This document shows, one piece after another, positions 42,728 through 55,257 of a stretch of DNA of 55,257 nucleotides. Positions within the stretch are counted from its first letter, which is position 1. Each line of letters starts with the position of its first letter. Both the position numbers and the translations under genes were made by a program. The DNA is taken from contig WELB01000016.1 in the NCBI GenBank assembly GCA_009602725.1, positions 578,730-633,986 of the forward strand. Reading direction: 5' to 3'. This DNA comes from Spirogloea muscicola. Taxonomy: Eukaryota. The notes beneath the pieces were generated by a model. That model worked only from the letters and a program-made list of their open reading frames with translations, was not told the DNA's origin and made no database searches.

Positions 42728-43807
42728 TCAGCAATCCTGTCTTTTACTGGGCTGGCTCGACTGAGTTAACGCCCATTCACTGAAGAACTTGCCCCTGTGC
42801 TCAAAGTTTGTGAACTCATCAAAGCTCGCACAGGCAGGGCTCAGCAGCACAATGTCCCCTGCATTTAAGCACCAAAGAGCAAGCAGCACTCAGTAGAAAG
42901 AGACGTAGTAAGGCAAACTATTGCTTATTGCAACCTTTCTGAAGCACCACAGTTGCATTCAGAGCGGTTCATGGACAATATCGTGTTTCTAGTGCACCCT
43001 GTCATCAAAAGATGCAGTTATGGTTAGTCAACAAAGCCACTGCGTCACAGTATACAGGCAATACATGCAGCACACATATTGGTCAACTGATGGTAACCTG
43101 GTTGAGCTTTATTTGCAGCCAGCCGCATGGCCTCAGCTAGCAATGACACACTGTGCAGCACCACCCCCGGGTTCGCCGCCTTCAGCTCCTCAGCAATGTC
43201 GCCGCCAGAAGCTCCAAACTGAAGCAAAGACAGGTCAAGAGAAAGCTCAGAATCCTATCAATGCTTTGTGCTATTGTTGATGACCAGGGGTGATGGTGCC
43301 CAACAAACGTACCGTGATTACTGCTCGGTGGGCATCCAGGAATTTCACCAGCCGACTGAACCCATAGCCTTCACCGGCTCTACCAGCCTGCTCAGTATGA
43401 CAAGCAAAACGGACAACATCAATGGATAAATACCTCTGACGTATGAGATGTTTGGGACTTCATAGACTATTGACGTGCGGGATTTTCAAACCTCCACTGA
43501 CTGATAGAGAAGGGTGAGATGAACAGCCAGATCAAAGCCAAGGGCGATGTGGTCAACCCCTATGCCAAGAACCTTGCAAGTAGAGCTTCACAGATGGTTC
43601 CTGGACTGCAGTGCATCTGCTTCAGCAGCAAAAATTGGGGCCTTTCATCACACAGCTCATAGAGGCGCAGCCTCCTGACCTTCGCCAGTCCCCCCAAGAG
43701 GACGACAGCCTTGCGACCACCAAGGCCAGCTAGCCCCGCCATCGCCGCCTCCACATTGGTGGCCTTGCTGTCATTGATCCACAACACCCCATTGTGATCC
43801 TCGCAAA
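42728..43807 (-). CDS. murD: UDP-N-acetylmuramoyl-L-alanine:D-glutamate ligase (plastid peptidoglycan), 3' exons only
   Basis: [49 protein letters not shown] and [27 protein letters not shown]. No upstream exons were found. Confidence 0.88.
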
Positions 43808-44166
43808 CTGCATGGAGAGGCAGCTCAGCTCAGCTCAGGTACTGGTTGAGCCATTTCCGACACCCATCAATCGTGTAATAGCATTGTGCTTTGTTATGCT
43901 TATTCTTTGGCTGCACTAGTACTTCATGTCACAATCAAGCAACCTTTGTCTGTAAATAGTGGTGGCCAGCACCTTGCATCCTCTTTCCCTTCTCGTTCCA
44001 AGCTCTGAGGAGCTCGTTTGTCAGGTCTTAATCACTTGTTATCCCATATCTCCAGGTTGCAAGTCTGCATGGGCTAGTCAAGCCAACAGGTTGGCTTGAC
44101 TAGCTGCACATCCACCCTTGTGAGCTTGTTGTCATCCTTATCTTCTGAAGGCATTGTCTGGTGAAG

Positions 44167-50955
<6,789 letters not shown>

Positions 50956-51633
50956 CCCGACAATTGATTGTTTTGTAGGGCCTAAGGCCTTGTGACCTAG
51001 AAGGGGTCGTGTAGAGCAGTGCAAATCCAATATTGTGGTAACACGGGTGTCACTGCTCTCCACGACCACCATTCTTGCTAGACCCAGATACAAAGTGACC
51101 CAGCTCAAATGGTGATTACCACTTCAGAGCATGACTAGGTGAGCAGATAGTTAGGAGACGAGGTGCAATGGAATGTCTCTTAGGAGGAGATGACAATGTG
51201 CTCAGAGTCCTTGTATGGTTGTTGAGGTAACAACCTCACACCTGAGGCAGCAACCATGTAAATCTTGTACTAATAACAGACGCCAATGTTGGAGTGCAAG
51301 TCACTTCAACAATCAAGCCCCAAATATGGATGTCATGGTGCTGTGACTACCTCAAGGCTGGAGCAAGCGTTATGCTTTGTACCCAGGGCTTATAAGTGAA
51401 TTGACACGCCATGTGCTATGCTAAGGGTCATACTACCAATGAAAGTGAGCAATCCCAACAATCTACAGTATATAACACATGCTATGATCCCACCATGCTT
51501 CCCATACAAGCAAAATGCGTTGCTGCAAAGCAACAGCAATGTGGGGCTTGTACAGGAGCACGCAATGACACTGAGGTAAGTGCCACAAGCAAGAGCTGTA
51601 CTGGGAGGTCACAGACTTACAAGCCGGCGTTGT

Positions 51634-54599
51634 CTAGCAACTGAATGTGGTGCAGAGCGCACCATTTGTGACCCAGGAGAGATCCGGCACACGTGTCCAT
51701 GCGGCGCTGCCTTCGACGCTGGGGTCATAGACGAGGACCAGACCGCCCTGCCGTGGCTTGGTACGCCCGTTGACGCCCCCGCTGTAGCGCAGCTGGTCCC
51801 CTGCCGACGACTGCACCTGGATGATATAGATCCTGCCATTCAAGTGTTGACAAGGCCGATGTGTCATGACTTGTCAGGGCAACTTGTCAAACCTCTGCGG
51901 CTGCACCTGCTCCACTGCCAAGAGCTATCCACTCGCCTACTCGACAAGTGAAGACAGTATGAGAGGCAGCTGAGGACTGTGAGGAACTTTGGTCTGGTGA
52001 CCTGTGCTATGCCTCACTCGCTAACTCAGGGTCAATGAGCAGCTCAAGATGGGGAGATGGAGCTCAAGCTTGGTCAACAATATTCCTTCCAGCTTAAACA
52101 TAGGCTGGACATCGGTTCCGCTAATACGCAAGTAAAGCTTGGAATAGACTATGTTGAAAGAGATAGCATCCCGTAATCGCCAATCAGCTTACAAGAGCGA
52201 AGCAAGTCATTAGAAGTATTTGGATTAGCACAAATGGGCACTGTTGACTGCCAGGTGGCCAAGAGCACAGGCTGGTCCCGAGGAGCCCACCTTTCCCGGA
52301 AGGTCGTGATAGCGAAGGCAAGCCGCCCGTCGTAACCGTACAGGTGCGCGGGTGCCATGGGGAGCTTGTGCATTGGCGTCCAGTCGTCAGTGCGTGGGTC
52401 GTACTTTACCCAAGCTACAGCATGCTCCTGGTCATGGAGCAGGTAGAGGCAGCCCTTGAGGACCACGCAGGTCACTGACAAGCGGACAAGCGAGCAGCCA
52501 CAATGAGAACGACAGTCAGATAACCAAGTAGATTATCACAAACAGCCAATGCCACCTGCAATCATCCCTAGCTTCTTCAAAGCAAAGAACCGGCTGAGTA
52601 GCTCAGTAGCCGCAGTGAGCACAACCTTCAGAACTGTGTCATGTTGCTTGAGATGAAGAGTCTAAGGTTGGAGGGCTTGCAAACCTGGGAACTCAATAAG
52701 TGAGGGCGGGATGGGCCCGCGGAGATACCACGTGTTAGTCTGTGGATCAAACACCTCCATATGCGACACCCCAAATTGTGACATGCGGTCGCGTCGCGGC
52801 AGCCACACTGATTGGATTCGTCCGATGACATAGAGCTTGTCGCCCACAACGCCGCCCATGCAGCACGCCATAGCCCATACCATGTCTGGCAACGACTGAG
52901 GGAGCGGAGACACAAGCCACATGCCCATTGAGAGAACGTGAGCTGTTTGTCTCGCTCCAGCACTGTAGGCCACCCTTGGCTGGCCACCCTTTACTAAAAA
53001 ATTGACGAAGCTTCCTTCCTATATCCATACAGAGCTGTAGGTTGCTTTCGTTCATATGGGTGGAAGAAGCAAGAGACCCATATTCATATGCAAATTTCTC
53101 TTCCATTGCTCTTCAGCAAGAGTAAAGCTTCCCACCTGCCCAGCATGCAAGAGCGCATAAGAGCAAGGAACTGCCGGTCAGTGGCAAGAGGAGCTCACCT
53201 GCCACTGGTCCAAGCTTGGGTCATACACGGCGGCGCTCTTGATGTCCCTGCATGGCAAGCGTGCAAGCAGGATAGGCGATGAGTCAAGTGAACATCCTAT
53301 CCTGATCAAGGCAGTGATTGGAGACAAAGAGGCAATTGCAACCTGGCTCTGCAGATTTCTGTTTGGAATCCCAAACCTATACTACTTATAGGATGGAGCA
53401 GATAGAGGTCCGCACTAGCAGCTGACTTATGTTTTTGTTTCTCCAACTTCGGGAAAAACAATGTAGTCATGAGTAAACTTTTGTTTGTATACTCTCACAG
53501 GTAGAGGAAGCAACCCGAGTAACAGAAGACCAATCGATATCACAAGAAGCTCGACTATTCAGCTGGCTAATGGCCGCCAGAAGGGAGGGGGAGAAGGGGA
53601 GGGGGGGGCGCAGACCTCAGCCTCCCAGTGGAGTCCTGGCACCGGCCACCGGCAACAAAGAGCTTGCCATCTATCACGCCCATCACAAAGTGACTCCGTG
53701 GCCCGTCCAGTGGCACACCCTTGCTCAGCCTGCGAACGTCCAATGACAACCGCCACTTCAACTTTCTATGAAGGTGGTGCATGGAGCAATTTCCGCAGCT
53801 GCAGAACCAGGACTGATGCTGCACCTGCCAGTATGTGCGTCATAGATCCACGTCTCATACGGCGCGCTGGGCTCTGCCGCCGTGCTGCCGGTGTAACCTC
53901 CCACAATGTACACCTTCTGCACCACACGAGGGACAACGACAGCCAACTATGAGCAGACTATCGATGCTGACTGCCCGTGCTTGGTGCTGTGACTCAGACA
54001 CCCGGCCAACGACAGCGAGAGGCAGCGCAGTCACCGCTGCTGCAGTGCCTCACCTGACTGGCAGGGTCGCAGGCGATGTTGGCGCCCTCGTGCAGGCCTG
54101 CATTGGGCTGCAGGCTGGCGGTCCGCCACTCGTCCGTCACCGGCAGGTGCGTGCGGATGGAGACGCCCTCGGCCGACGGCGAGGCCAGCGGCAAGGCCGC
54201 CGTCGCACCTCTGGAGGCAGCAGCAGGAGCGACCGGAGCCGCTGCGGCGGCGGTGGCGGGGAAGGACGAGGGGCGGCCGACGAGCATGATGTGCTCCTCG
54301 AACATGCCAAGGCGGGCGCGTGCGTCCCAGAACGCCGGGCTGCGCATCAGCGCCCGCCACTTCTGCGACACCATCGACAGCGACCTGCGCCGCAGCAATT
54401 CAGGGTTATGGCCGCGCTGCCCTCGCTGTGACTACAATTGATGGCCAATAGGGCCTGCAAACCATCGGCGACGCCACACAAATCACTGGTCCACAGGGGA
54501 GGAGGCAGCGGCGGCGCGATACCGCAAGGAGCTCCGAGCGACGTGCGCCAGGCACTCGAGCAGCAGGTCGTCCGTCAGGTCCGCCAGCGACGTCTGCAT
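51634..54599 (-). CDS. F-box/kelch-repeat protein, multi-exon
   Basis: MQTSLADLTDDLLLECLAHV..SLSMVSQKWRALMRSPAFWDARARLG. Kelch-like repeats KVYIVGG, GVIDGKLFVAGG, GVVGDKLYVIG, EVFDPQTNTW, KYDPRTDDWTPM and VYDPS. Confidence 0.85.
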
Positions 54600-55137
54600 G
54601 GCGGCAGGCGCAGAGAAGGAGCTTTGCAGGCCCGTGAGGTCCACGCGAAGGCCGTCACTGCCTGGTAGCAGTGGCCCACATTACAGGAGGAGCTATTACA
54701 GGAGAGGCCGCCTCGCCCCTACCGCCCTGCCTCTCCTTTCCTCCCTCTGATATGGGTTCCCCCCCAACTGCCACTACCGCCGCATGCCTCCCCTTATCGT
54801 GATTCCGTGCTTCTTCCCGCCTCTGTAACATGGGTCAGCTTAGCAGCAGGCGATGTGCATCTGACGACGCTTGCTGTCGTACTTGGCCACTTAGGCCCAC
54901 CATCACTGAATACACACTCCAGGTATCTTTGGCATCGCAGGACAATGGCATGGCCGCCCAAAGCCAGGCCCTGCTAGCAATGGCGGGTGCAGGCGGCAGG
55001 GAGAGAGCCGGCTGCTGATTTGGAGGTCACAGTTTCACACCTGGTGCGAGCCGCCGGCGGCGGAGCGAGGCTGCAGGCCCGCGGCGTGCGGCGCCAAGGC
55101 GCCCACCGCGGCCGGCGGCGGCGGCAGCTGCGGCGGC

Positions 55138-55257
<120 letters not shown>

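Overview
Eukaryotic, intron-rich, GC-rich genomic DNA. It most likely comes from a streptophyte green alga (inference from plant-type FtsHi3, beta-amylase and cytosolic TPI, a MurD gene, and a bryophyte/charophyte-like 5S sequence). Host genes: FtsHi3 (+), type II pantothenate kinase (-), cytosolic TPI (-), a partial SAM methyltransferase (-), an orphan SHAQKYF-MYB exon (-), two cyanobacterial-type M16B peptidase subunit genes (+), a BAM1/3-like beta-amylase (-), the 3' half of MurD (-), the 3' part of a PHD+AAA (At3g15120/ATAD2-like) gene (+) and an F-box/kelch gene (-). The accessory DNA is dominated by one CRE-clade (RT + restriction-like endonuclease) non-LTR retrotransposon family: a near-full-length copy at ~11.58-15.71 kb and two dense clusters of short 5'-truncated 3' ends (~15.7-17.0 kb and ~31.86-33.36 kb) that share a GGCTG-loop-CAGCC stem-loop. 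The most notable observation is a complete 5S rRNA sequence lacking an oligo-T terminator and fused within 7 nt to the ORF C-terminus and 3' UTR of this family, a candidate 5S-headed, CRE-tailed SINE or template-switch chimera. Also present: a 1.4-kb foldback of a deleted copia-like element, two N gaps, probable assembly or rearrangement junctions and a terminal poly(T). All calls were made by eye without database searches. Gene spans include introns, and several 5' ends are approximate.
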